Shown piece by piece: positions 26,445 through 35,708 of a stretch of 57,559 nt of DNA (the first letter of the stretch is position 1; each line of letters begins with the position of its first letter). Below the pieces are notes generated by a model that was given only the letters and a program-made list of their open reading frames with translations, did not search any database and was not told where the DNA came from. Source of the stretch: an uncultured Eubacteriales bacterium (GTDB lineage: Bacteria > Bacillota > Clostridia > UBA1212 > CASDQQ01); NCBI GenBank assembly GCA_949282945.1, contig CASDQQ010000050.1, forward strand, positions 1 to 57,559, given 5' to 3'. Made by a program: the position numbers and the translations under genes.

Positions 26445-26932
26445 ACATATATGCGGAAATTTGCAGAGAAGGTGTTTTACTTCCTGAATACGCCCACGCC
26501 TTTGATGCGGGCATGGATATATGCGCGGCCTGCGATATAGATATTTTTCCGGGAGAGACCAAACTTATTCCCACCGGACTTAAATTTGCCATACCCGAAG
26601 GATACGAAATACAAATACGTCCCAGAAGCGGTATTTCCCTGAATACTCCCTTAAGGCTTCCAAACGCCCCCGGAACTATAGACGCCGGCTACAGAGACGA
26701 AATATGCGTTATTATGTCAAACACTTCCCCTGTACAAGACTCTGAAAAATCTGTACTCCTGCCTCTTTGTTCAAAAGGAAATATTCCCGGTCCATATCAT
26801 ATATCCAGGGGCGACCGTATAGCTCAAATGGTCCTGGCCGAGGTTCCTAAAACCTCCTTTACGCTATGTGAAAGCATTTCTGAAATAGGAAACAACAGAG
26901 GCGGCGGATTCGGGTCAAGCGGCATAAAATAA
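26423..26932 (+). CDS. dut: dUTP diphosphatase (trimeric dUTPase)
   Basis: All five dUTPase motifs are present: AGMDI, RPRSG, GTIDAGYRDEI, GDRIAQ, NRGGGFGSSG. ATG 26423 lies after GGAGG and overlaps the U32 3' end by 22 nt. Confidence 0.9.
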   Translation: MENKKVVNIYAEICREGVLLPEYAHAFDAGMDICAACDIDIFPGETKLIPTGLKFAIPEGYEIQIRPRSGISLNTPLRLPNAPGTIDAGYRDEICVIMSNTSPVQDSEKSVLLPLCSKGNIPGPYHISRGDRIAQMVLAEVPKTSFTLCESISEIGNNRGGGFGSSGIK

Positions 26933-26953
26933 CTTAAAGGAGAGTGTATCATA

Positions 26954-27424
26954 ATGAAAATAGGATTAGGTAAAGACAGCCATAGATTTGATTTTGACGA
27001 CAAAAATAAAAAGCTTATATTGGGAGGCGTCCTGTTTGAAAATCAGCCCGCTCTTTCAGGCAACAGTGACGCGGACGTGGTTTTGCATGCAATAACAAAC
27101 GCTATTTCGGGTGTTACTTGTGAAAATATTTTAGGAAAGCGCGCCGACGACCTTTGTCTGGATCAGGGGATTACCGACAGCAGCATATACTTAAAAGAAG
27201 CCCTTAAGTATCTTAACTGTTCAAAAATAGAACATTTGTCCATTTCAATTGAATGCAAATTTCCCAAGATATCTCCAATGATCCCTTTAATGAGAAAGAA
27301 CATAGCCTCCCTTTTATCAATTCCGGAAAGCTCTGTGGGAATTACCGCCACAACCGGAGAAGACCTTACCCCATTTGGGAAAGGTCTTGGAATCGAATGT
27401 ATCTGTATCATAACCTGTAGCTGA
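26954..27424 (+). CDS. ispF: IspF-family (2-C-methyl-D-erythritol 2,4-cyclodiphosphate synthase-like) protein, divergent
   Basis: IGLGKDSHRF, SDADVVLHAI, FPKISP and ATTGEDL..G.G blocks match the IspF fold. However, the His of the canonical GHSDADV zinc site is Asn (GNSDADV) and the GDIGKxFPDTD block is not recognisable (see findings). Confidence 0.6.
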   Translation: MKIGLGKDSHRFDFDDKNKKLILGGVLFENQPALSGNSDADVVLHAITNAISGVTCENILGKRADDLCLDQGITDSSIYLKEALKYLNCSKIEHLSISIECKFPKISPMIPLMRKNIASLLSIPESSVGITATTGEDLTPFGKGLGIECICIITCS

Positions 27425-27430
27425 AAAAAG

Positions 27431-28582
27431 TTACTTTCTATAGGTTCTTACACTATTTGCCGAACTTCTCATCTGGCTTTGAGGTCTGGAGTTAGCTATT
27501 GTCCTCCCTGCCGGATTTCTTTGCGCCATACTTTTTCCCGTACGTCTTTTTAGCTCGGCTGTACCTGGACTTCTGGCCGTATCCATTCTGGAAGGAGCCG
27601 CCTGCTTTGTTCCGGAAGTTTTGGGGCCGGTATTGCTAGAAATTTTTCCATTTTCCTCGTCATGTTCTGCCTCACCCACATTAATAGCGTTTTTGATCTG
27701 CCTGAAAGTGAAGAACACAAAAAACAAAAGCGAAAAAGTCAGATATGTTTTAACTATGCCGTTTAAAACAAATACCGCTAAAGCTCCCTGAAAAGAAGAA
27801 AGTCCGTATCCTACATGAACAAGGTACCATTGCCAACCTGCAAAGAGAAGAACCATTCCCATAAGTCTCGGAAGTATATACCAAAACTTTGTATTTACTA
27901 CTTTGTTAGCCATATATCTCGCGCCTTTCTTAAAACTTATAAGCGCGGGGTACATATAAAAAGTATACATAAAAACAAGAGAAACGCAGAATGCCACCAC
28001 CAGTACGGATATTATAAATAAGAATATACTCGTCAGTAAAAGACCGTTATTTCCGCCTTTATAGACCATATTAAAAGAGAGTATGGCCGGGAACATAGCA
28101 AATATTCCCGCAATGATAGTAGCCACGATTATACACAAATGGATAAACATATAAAAAACAAGCTTGAAATAGTGCTTTATGACTCCTCTTTTAAAATCCC
28201 CCTCCGCTTTTTCCTTATTAGCCTGGAGAGAAAGGTTCAATATATGGTAATATCCCGAAAAATAGGCCGAAATAACCGCGGATAACGCGAAAAGTATCAA
28301 TATTCCTATAATCGATCCCACTATCACTTCCCCTGCCGAAACCGCGATACCTGAGGACACAAGACCTTCCGCTGCACTGCCCAGATCGGAAGCGCTCCTT
28401 TCCCCTATATTTAAAATAAAGCTAAATAAGCTTTCCACCTTATCTGAAAGCAGCGTCTTATATACTGAGTATAGAAATTGTTCAAAGCAACTGAATATAA
28501 GGAAAAACAGAAAAAGAGACCAAAATATAAAAGGCCTTCTTTCTATTGAATCAATACATCTTGAAATAAACTTCACACACAA
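27431..28582 (-). CDS. Hypothetical polytopic membrane protein with a basic disordered C-terminal tail
   Basis: 6-7 hydrophobic segments over the first ~300 aa, then an ~80-aa tail rich in Ser/Thr/Arg/Lys/Pro. I recognise no family. Start is GTG 28582 or GTG 28576, after AAGAGGG. Confidence 0.55.
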   Translation of the reverse strand: MCVKFISRCIDSIERRPFIFWSLFLFFLIFSCFEQFLYSVYKTLLSDKVESLFSFILNIGERSASDLGSAAEGLVSSGIAVSAGEVIVGSIIGILILFALSAVISAYFSGYYHILNLSLQANKEKAEGDFKRGVIKHYFKLVFYMFIHLCIIVATIIAGIFAMFPAILSFNMVYKGGNNGLLLTSIFLFIISVLVVAFCVSLVFMYTFYMYPALISFKKGARYMANKVVNTKFWYILPRLMGMVLLFAGWQWYLVHVGYGLSSFQGALAVFVLNGIVKTYLTFSLLFFVFFTFRQIKNAINVGEAEHDEENGKISSNTGPKTSGTKQAAPSRMDTARSPGTAELKRRTGKSMAQRNPAGRTIANSRPQSQMRSSANSVRTYRK

Positions 28583-28612
28583 ACCCTCTTTCCTTATTTT
28601 TACAATGAATGA

Positions 28613-28621
28613 ATTATATCA
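28613..28621 (-). promoter_or_regulatory. Putative extended -10 promoter (TGATATAAT) for the membrane protein gene
   Basis: Minus strand TGATATAAT lies ~30 nt upstream of the GTG start and directly downstream of the terminator at 28643-28684. Motif only. Confidence 0.35.
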
Positions 28622-28642
28622 CAGTAGCATTTCAAATAAAAG

Positions 28643-28684
28643 AGGCTATCTTGTAACTATTTTCTTACAGTTGCAAAACAGCCT
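28643..28684 (-). terminator. Imperfect hairpin terminator after the PrsA-like gene
   Basis: Minus strand AGGCTGTTTTGCAACT..AGTTACAAGATAGCCT (with G-U pairs and mismatches) followed by CTTTTATTT, 30 nt after the stop at 28714. Confidence 0.5.
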
Positions 28685-28713
28685 TTTTATAAGATTATTT
28701 ATATTATAGGTAA

Positions 28714-29964
28714 TTATTCGGCTTTATATCCCGCTACAGTATAATTTTTATAAATATCTTTATTAAATACAACTTCAAACCTTGACTCCTTGGCCCACTC
28801 TTCCACCATCTTATTATATTCGTCGTCCATAATTTCTTCTTTTATGGTCGCCTTCATATCAACGGCGTCTTCATTATCTTCTGTATCAAAATCAACCTTA
28901 CTGTCAAACTTAACAAAATAAACGCCTATAACATCATCTTTAAAACTTCCGGTAGAAGAACCTTTAACCTCGATCTTGGTCCATACATCTGCGTTTTCTA
29001 TACCGGTCTCATTCAGCCATGTATTAAGCTCTTCCATGTCAGCGCTTGAATTTGACAAAGATACCTTACCTTCCGAATTCTTCTGGAGTTTATGTTCAAA
29101 GGAAGATGATTCAGTATATTCTTCGGCTATCTCTGCAAAAGTCTTTTCTCCCTTTATAATAGCATCGTTAATCTCATTTACAGTGTCCTGCTTTTCTTTC
29201 AAAGCGTCTCCTTCAAGCATAACAGTCTCATCATCATCGTCCGTTCCCTGATATGAAATAAATATTGAATTGAATACATACAGATCATACGCGTCCTTAT
29301 CCTTTTCATACCACGCTCTCATCTGATCGTCAGTAATTTCCATCTGGGCTTTCATCATGACCATAAGCTGATTTATAATATAGCTTTCCATGTAGAGCTT
29401 TTTATATTCGGCATAGGAAACTCCATACATCTGCTCAACGTAAGATTCCGGAGTAAAATTATATCCGCTGCTGTTATAATAGTTTGCATAATATTCAGCC
29501 TGGCTTTCAGCTTCTCTTATGAGATTGGATTTATCCATCTGGGTAAGGACTATTCCCTTTTCCTCAGCTACTACGAGCTGGACTGCGCGCTCCACAACCG
29601 TCTTAAGAGCTTCCTGCTTGGCCGCGAGCCTCATACCTATGCCCTCTTCATTAGTACTGCTCCAAAACTTTTCCACAGCCACCGCGTCTTCCGTATCCAG
29701 ATCCTCAGCCTCGTTAACATAATTGCTTACAACAGAAGAAAGTTCCGACGCAAAGTCAGATACAGATATTTTAACTCCCGCAACGGTGGCAATATAGCTG
29801 TTTGTATAATTAATATATTTAACGATCCCAAACACCGCAACAGCAATCAGAACTACTGCCGCAATTATAATCTTAACAGTTTTTCCGGAAAGCTTAAAAG
29901 ATCCTCCCATTTTTTTTCTGCCTGACTTTTCATAATCGTCAAGGATAATAGTTTTCTTTGCCAA
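28714..29964 (-). CDS. Membrane-anchored SurA/PrsA-like foldase-type protein with a degenerate parvulin-like region
   Basis: N-terminal TM anchor, then a long helical SurA-N-like region and an acidic C-terminal domain. The position directly downstream of mfd matches the prsA-like gene of many Clostridia. TTG start 6 nt after GAAGGAGAG. Family call is tentative. Confidence 0.45.
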   Translation of the reverse strand: MAKKTIILDDYEKSGRKKMGGSFKLSGKTVKIIIAAVVLIAVAVFGIVKYINYTNSYIATVAGVKISVSDFASELSSVVSNYVNEAEDLDTEDAVAVEKFWSSTNEEGIGMRLAAKQEALKTVVERAVQLVVAEEKGIVLTQMDKSNLIREAESQAEYYANYYNSSGYNFTPESYVEQMYGVSYAEYKKLYMESYIINQLMVMMKAQMEITDDQMRAWYEKDKDAYDLYVFNSIFISYQGTDDDDETVMLEGDALKEKQDTVNEINDAIIKGEKTFAEIAEEYTESSSFEHKLQKNSEGKVSLSNSSADMEELNTWLNETGIENADVWTKIEVKGSSTGSFKDDVIGVYFVKFDSKVDFDTEDNEDAVDMKATIKEEIMDDEYNKMVEEWAKESRFEVVFNKDIYKNYTVAGYKAE

Positions 29965-30020
29965 AATAATCTCTCCTTCAAAAATTATATTTTATACCGA
30001 TTATAAGGTTTAACTCATTC

Positions 30021-30049
30021 ATTATACTGGACAAGCGCCAATTCTTCAA
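30021..30049 (-). promoter_or_regulatory. Putative sigma-A promoter for the PrsA-like gene
   Basis: Minus strand TTGAAG (30049-30044), 17-nt spacer, TATAAT (30026-30021), ~55 nt upstream of the TTG start. Confidence 0.45.
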
Positions 30050-30148
30050 GATTTTTTTAATTAAAGTTATAATAAATTCAAAATTTATAAGCGCTTCTAT
30101 CCCTGACTTGCGGGTACTTCCATAAATAGCCATGAAGTATTTTTTCGA

Positions 30149-33100
30149 TTATTCGATCAGTGCCTTCAAAAACTCCTCTATTTCCTTCATAATTTCCTCT
30201 GGTTTGTTTTCATTCTTTCTGTACATAAAATACGGTTCTGTTCCGGCATTGAACAATACCCTGCGTCTGAATTTGTCCATTATCTTTGAAAGGATTTCAG
30301 GAGAAAACCTGGTCTTTTTCATAAATTTAAATATTACCGAATCTCCCGTTTCCGTAACTGACGAAAATCCCGCTTTGCGGGCCATAGCCTTTATCCTTGC
30401 CGCATATATAAGGTTTTCCACTTCATCAGGCACATCCCCGTATCTGTCGATAAATTCATCCCTTACATCAAGCATATCTTCTTCATCGGATATTAAGGAT
30501 ATTTTCTTATACATTTCCAGACGCTCCTCTTCATTTGGAATATAATCCGCGCTTATATATGCCGTTACAGATAAATCCACGGAAGTCTCGTCTTCATCCT
30601 CCTCGGTAATATCTCCCCTGATCTCTCTTACCGCCCTGTCCAAAAGCTTTACGTACATATCGTATCCCACGCTTTCCATCTGCCCGTGCTGCTGCGTGCC
30701 CAAAAGATTTCCGGCTCCCCTTATTTCCAAGTCTCTCATTGCTATCTTAAAACCGGATCCGAATTCAGTAAACTCTCTTATTGTCTGAAGCCTTTTTTCT
30801 GAAAACTCTGTAAGAACTTTATTTTTTCGATACGTAACATATGCAAAAGCTACTCTCCCAGAACGTCCCACTCTTCCTCTTATCTGGTAAAGCTGCGCAA
30901 GTCCCAGATGATCTCCGTCCTCTATGATCACGGTATTCGCGTTAGGCATGTCAAGACCGGACTCTATTATAGTAGTACAAAGCAAAATATCATACTCTCC
31001 CGCCATAAAATCCATCATAACCTGCTCAAGCTCTCTTTCGCCCATTTGCCCGTGAGCAATGCCTATCCTTGCCTCCGGGACCATATTTTTCAGCTCCACT
31101 GCTTTCACATTGATAGTCCTGACCTTGTTATAGAGATAAAACACCTGGCCCTTACGGCTCATTTCCTTATAGATAGCCTCCCTTATTATGCGGTGATCGT
31201 ACTCCATCACATATGTCTGCACTGGATGCCTCTCCTTGGGAGGTTCCTCTATAACGCTTATATCCCTTATCTGGACCATTGACATATGCAAAGTCCTTGG
31301 TATCGGCGTTGCCGAAAGAGTAAGTATATCGATATTTGGTTTGAGCATCTTCAGCTTTTCTTTATGATCTACTCCAAACCTCTGCTCTTCATCCACCACA
31401 AGAAGGCCCAGATCTTTAAATTCTACATCCTTTTGTATAAGCCTGTGAGTTCCTATTAGTACATCTATTTCCCCCCGCTTTACATTTTTCGCTATCTCTT
31501 TTTGCTGCGCGGGAGTTCTGAACCTGCATATATAGTCTACCTTAATAGGATAATCAGCAAATCTTTGCTTAAACGTTTGATAATGCTGCTGCGCCAATAC
31601 GGTAGTGGGGACCAGAACAGCTACCTGCTTTCCGTCCATTACAGCCTTAAATACAGCTCTTAAGGCAACTTCGGTCTTACCGTATCCTACGTCCCCGCAC
31701 AGCAGTCTTTCCATAGGTTTCTGAGATTCCATATCCCTTTTTATCTCTTCGGTGCACCTAAGCTGATCCTCCGTTTCCTCAAAAGGAAAGGATTCTTCAA
31801 ATTCCTTTTGCCAAACAGTATCAGGAGAAAACGCGAATCCTTTGGAGGCCTGTCTTTTAGCATAAAGAGCCACAAGCTGCTGAGCCAACTCCCGCAAAGA
31901 TTCCTTTACCTTCTTTTTGGCGCGTCCCCAATCTCCGCTTCCAAGCTTGGAAAGCTTTGGCTTATGTCCCTCAGAGCCTATATATTTTTGGACCAGATCC
32001 ATTTGATTGGTGGGTACATATAAAAAACCGCCGTCGCTGTATTTTATTTTTATATAATCCCTTGTAATCCCATTTACAGTAATCTGTTCAAGCCCTACAT
32101 ATTCGCCTATTCCATGTACGTCATGCACTACAAGTTCTCCGGCTTTTAAATCTGTAAAGGAATCTATAGCTTTCCCTTTCGCTTTCTTTTTACGTCTTCC
32201 ATCCTTTTTTACAGCGTCAGAAAATAGCTCGCCGTCACTCAAAACTATTAATTTCAGCCCCGGATATTCAAAGCTTTTATTTATGGTACCCGGGAAAAAT
32301 TTTATTTTATACGGCTTTACTCCCTGTTCCTCCAAAAGCTGAGCCATACGCTCCGCCCTCTTTTCGTTGCCCGTAGCGACAGCCGTTTTATACCCGTTTT
32401 TATGCCACTCTTTTATCTGTCCCGCAAAAACGCTTATATTTCCCTCAAAGCCGGAAAAACTTCTGGCCGGAACAGAAAAAGTGTTCCCTTTAGTTACGCC
32501 CTCTTCTTTAAAATTCCCTATCGTTTTAAGATATATCAGATCCATTTTTTCGGCCTGCCGAAAAAATTTGTCGTATCCGCCGTAAAGCTCTGAAAGCTCG
32601 GGAAGTATAAGTCCTTTTTCAAGCATGTTTTTACAGCTTTCGGCAAACTCCTCTCTCTTTGCCTCCAGATTTTCCCTTATTTTTTGGGGTTCGTCCAGGA
32701 CCAACGTAAAATTATCCCCCGCGTAATCAATTACAGTATGATACTCCTTAAGGATCAATGGAATATATCTGTCCATTCCCGGGAAATTCCCGCTCTCCTC
32801 AAAACGTTCCGCGTCCCTTAATGCGGCGGGAAAATCCTTTCCTTTTTCTCTCAGTTCGTTTGCAACAGCTCTCCTTTCCCCTTCAGTCAAAATTATTTCT
32901 CTTGCGGGAAGTATCCTTACTCCGTTTATTTCTTGCAAAGATCTCTGAGTAAATACATCGAAAGTTCTTACAGAATCTATATCGTCTCCAAAAAAATCTA
33001 TCCTTACAGGATCTTCTGAGTTTACCGGAAAAATATCTATTATTCCGCCCCTTACGGCAAACTGGCCCTTACCCTGCACACTGTCGTATCTCTCGTAGCC

Positions 33101-33586
33101 CATGCCAAGAAAAATTTCCGCAAGCCCTAAAAGCGTACATTCATGATCACGGGAAATATCAAGGCTCCCACTTAATATTTTATCTTTTCGGGGAAGCCGC
33201 TGAGCTATAGCCTCGGCAGAGGTGACCAATATGTCATAATCGCCCAAAGCCATTTCAAACAAAGACTTAAGTCTTATATTCTCGTCTTCCCGGCTTTTGG
33301 CCTCTATATCGTAAAGAAAATATTCTTTAGGTCTGAAGTAAAGCGCCCTATCATTGGAGAAGCACATAAAATCCCCGTATATTTTCCCCGCGGCAAAATC
33401 ATTTGGAGCTACATAAATACATTTTCTGCCCGTCTTTTTTAAAAGTGCAGAAATATAGTGGGCCTTCTGAGTTTCGGATGGTCCTTCAATACCAATATGT
33501 ACTTTTTTTTGTGGCCCGGCATTTAACTTTTCGGTTATTTCTCCGAAAACCTGGCTTTGAAACAGCTCTTCATAAAACAAATCCAT
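30149..33586 (-). CDS. mfd: Transcription-repair coupling factor Mfd
   Basis: 1145 aa with a UvrB-homology N-terminus, a CarD/RNAP-interaction region (ELVVHDVHGIGEY), a superfamily 2 helicase core (CGDVGYGKTEVA, DEEQRFG) and the TRG motif region. Confidence 0.95.
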   Translation of the reverse strand: MDLFYEELFQSQVFGEITEKLNAGPQKKVHIGIEGPSETQKAHYISALLKKTGRKCIYVAPNDFAAGKIYGDFMCFSNDRALYFRPKEYFLYDIEAKSREDENIRLKSLFEMALGDYDILVTSAEAIAQRLPRKDKILSGSLDISRDHECTLLGLAEIFLGMGYERYDSVQGKGQFAVRGGIIDIFPVNSEDPVRIDFFGDDIDSVRTFDVFTQRSLQEINGVRILPAREIILTEGERRAVANELREKGKDFPAALRDAERFEESGNFPGMDRYIPLILKEYHTVIDYAGDNFTLVLDEPQKIRENLEAKREEFAESCKNMLEKGLILPELSELYGGYDKFFRQAEKMDLIYLKTIGNFKEEGVTKGNTFSVPARSFSGFEGNISVFAGQIKEWHKNGYKTAVATGNEKRAERMAQLLEEQGVKPYKIKFFPGTINKSFEYPGLKLIVLSDGELFSDAVKKDGRRKKKAKGKAIDSFTDLKAGELVVHDVHGIGEYVGLEQITVNGITRDYIKIKYSDGGFLYVPTNQMDLVQKYIGSEGHKPKLSKLGSGDWGRAKKKVKESLRELAQQLVALYAKRQASKGFAFSPDTVWQKEFEESFPFEETEDQLRCTEEIKRDMESQKPMERLLCGDVGYGKTEVALRAVFKAVMDGKQVAVLVPTTVLAQQHYQTFKQRFADYPIKVDYICRFRTPAQQKEIAKNVKRGEIDVLIGTHRLIQKDVEFKDLGLLVVDEEQRFGVDHKEKLKMLKPNIDILTLSATPIPRTLHMSMVQIRDISVIEEPPKERHPVQTYVMEYDHRIIREAIYKEMSRKGQVFYLYNKVRTINVKAVELKNMVPEARIGIAHGQMGERELEQVMMDFMAGEYDILLCTTIIESGLDMPNANTVIIEDGDHLGLAQLYQIRGRVGRSGRVAFAYVTYRKNKVLTEFSEKRLQTIREFTEFGSGFKIAMRDLEIRGAGNLLGTQQHGQMESVGYDMYVKLLDRAVREIRGDITEEDEDETSVDLSVTAYISADYIPNEEERLEMYKKISLISDEEDMLDVRDEFIDRYGDVPDEVENLIYAARIKAMARKAGFSSVTETGDSVIFKFMKKTRFSPEILSKIMDKFRRRVLFNAGTEPYFMYRKNENKPEEIMKEIEEFLKALIE

Positions 33587-33591
33587 AATTC

Positions 33592-34179
33592 TTACGCTTT
33601 CCTGTTATATTTACCCATAGCGGTGTCAATATTATTTTTCAGGATCTCTTCTATAGCCAAAACTGCGTTCGCCTCGCTCTTATTCAGCTTTTCTCTTTCA
33701 TCGGGGGTAAACCGCGAAAGTACATAATCTGCCAAATCCCAGCCTTCGGGCTTAGGTCCTATACCTATTTTTACTCTTGGGAAGCAATCCTTGCCTAGCT
33801 GATATATCACAGATTTCATCCCGTTGTGGGAACCGGCGCTTCCATTTCTCTTAACGCGCATTTCACCAAGAGGAATATCAATATCGTCAAAGACTATTAT
33901 TATGCGTTCCTCAGGTACTTTATACCAGGACCTTGCCGCGGATACACTTTCTCCGCTGAGATTCATGAAGGTCTGAGGCTTTAGCAATACCACTCTTTTA
34001 CCTTCTATCTTAAGCTCGCAATAAACAGCCTTAAACTTCAATTTATTAAGCTTTACTGAATATTTTTCCGCAAGCAGATCTATTACATCAAAACCTGCGT
34101 TGTGCTTTGTATTATAAAACTTGTCTCCAGGATTTCCCAACCCGGCTATAATGTAGGTGTCTTCCTCTCCGGAAAACAT
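33592..34179 (-). CDS. pth: Peptidyl-tRNA hydrolase
   Basis: IIAGLGNPG..Y..TKHNAGF, FMNLSGES and GSAGSHNG motifs. ATG 34179 was chosen by alignment to the MLVIAGLG-type N-terminus (AAGGA upstream). In-frame ATGs at 34203 and 34221 (ATGA overlap with the glmU stop) are possible. Confidence 0.9.
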   Translation of the reverse strand: MFSGEEDTYIIAGLGNPGDKFYNTKHNAGFDVIDLLAEKYSVKLNKLKFKAVYCELKIEGKRVVLLKPQTFMNLSGESVSAARSWYKVPEERIIIVFDDIDIPLGEMRVKRNGSAGSHNGMKSVIYQLGKDCFPRVKIGIGPKPEGWDLADYVLSRFTPDEREKLNKSEANAVLAIEEILKNNIDTAMGKYNRKA

Positions 34180-34217
34180 TTTTTCCTTTTTATTAAAAAA
34201 CATCCTTATATTCCCAA

Positions 34218-35594
34218 TCATTTCTTTCTTTTGTATCGTCCTTTTTTTTCAACCCAACCTTCTTTGTTTACCTGTCTGGCCCTTGCTATTGCCAATGCTT
34301 TTGAGGGAACTCTTTCCGTTATAGTTGAACCTGCCGCGATGTAAGAATCGCTTTCCACCTCAACGGGAGAAACCAGATTTACGTTACACCCCACAAAACA
34401 ATTATCGCCTATCTTAGTAAGATATTTTTTAGATCCGTCGTAATTAACTGTAACCACTCCGCAGGCTATGTTGCAGTCCTCGCCAACCTGAGCATCTCCT
34501 ATATAGGTAAGGTGTGATATTTTAGTTCCATTTCCTATCTCCGCTTTCTTAAGCTCCACAAAATCCCCTACTTTGACGTGGTCTCCCACGCGGTTTCCCG
34601 GTCGCACATAAGCAAAAGGACCAACTTTTGTTTCATTTCCTATGCTGCTTTCCACTATTACCGACTTATTTATTTCAGTCCCTCTTCCTATTTCAGCGTC
34701 AGAGATCCTGCTGTCCGGCCCTATTATACAGTCCGGTCCTATCTTTGTCATTCCTTCTATGATACAATTGGGATATATAATAGTGTCCTCTCCTATTTCG
34801 GCGTCAGGAGACACATAACATGAATCGGGTTTTATAAAAGTCACTCCCGCTTCCATATTTTTTCTTACATACCTTTTCCTCAATATTTCCGTGGCTTCCG
34901 CCAATTGTACTCTGTCATTGATCCCAAACATTTCATCTTTATCTTCCAAAATATACGTGTCTACGCCAAGACCTTCTTTACTCATGACCGCGGGCACGTC
35001 GGTTATATAATATTCGTTTTGATTATTGCAGCAGTTTATCTTTTTTAGAGCGGGCAAAAGATCTTTTACTTCAAAGCAGTACATTCCCGCGTTGCATTCT
35101 TTTATTTTGAGCTGCCCGGCAGTACAGTCCTTATGCTCCGTTATCGACAGAAACTTTCCCGTCTCGTCTCTTACGATCCTCCCGTATCCATCTGGGCAGT
35201 CGATCAAAGCACTTATGACTGTACAGGCATTTTTCTTTTTCTTATGCTCCTCTATTACTTTTTTTAAAGTTTCCTCTTTTATCAGCGGAGCATCTCCGCA
35301 AAGTACCAGTACGGTCCCCTGGTTTTTTTCTAAGAAAGCCTCTGCCATCATTACTGCATGGCCAGTACCTTTTTGCTCTTTCTGCACGGCATACTCTACA
35401 CTTTCTCCCAGGCATTCTCTTACCTGCTCTTCCTTATGGCCCACAACAACGCATATTTTTTCCGCTCCGGCTCCCCTGGCGGCATCCGCGACCCATTTAA
35501 CGATTTCTTTTCCCAGCGCCTTATGTACGACTTTTGCCTTCCGGGATTTCATCCTTTTACCTTCTCCCGCCGCCAAAATAACCGCATTTACCAT
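34218..35594 (-). CDS. glmU: Bifunctional UDP-N-acetylglucosamine pyrophosphorylase / glucosamine-1-phosphate N-acetyltransferase
   Basis: AVILAAGEGKRMKS nucleotidyltransferase N-terminus and a C-terminal left-handed beta-helix of hexapeptide repeats; 458 aa. Confidence 0.95.
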   Translation of the reverse strand: MVNAVILAAGEGKRMKSRKAKVVHKALGKEIVKWVADAARGAGAEKICVVVGHKEEQVRECLGESVEYAVQKEQKGTGHAVMMAEAFLEKNQGTVLVLCGDAPLIKEETLKKVIEEHKKKKNACTVISALIDCPDGYGRIVRDETGKFLSITEHKDCTAGQLKIKECNAGMYCFEVKDLLPALKKINCCNNQNEYYITDVPAVMSKEGLGVDTYILEDKDEMFGINDRVQLAEATEILRKRYVRKNMEAGVTFIKPDSCYVSPDAEIGEDTIIYPNCIIEGMTKIGPDCIIGPDSRISDAEIGRGTEINKSVIVESSIGNETKVGPFAYVRPGNRVGDHVKVGDFVELKKAEIGNGTKISHLTYIGDAQVGEDCNIACGVVTVNYDGSKKYLTKIGDNCFVGCNVNLVSPVEVESDSYIAAGSTITERVPSKALAIARARQVNKEGWVEKKGRYKRKK

Positions 35595-35708
35595 AAAACA
35601 TCCTCCTCAAAACACATCCTTTGCAGCATACAATTTTACTCTGTTTTTTATAATTGCAAAAGATACTTTTATATTTCCCATAAAAATTTCCCAAGATATA
35701 TCTAAAAA

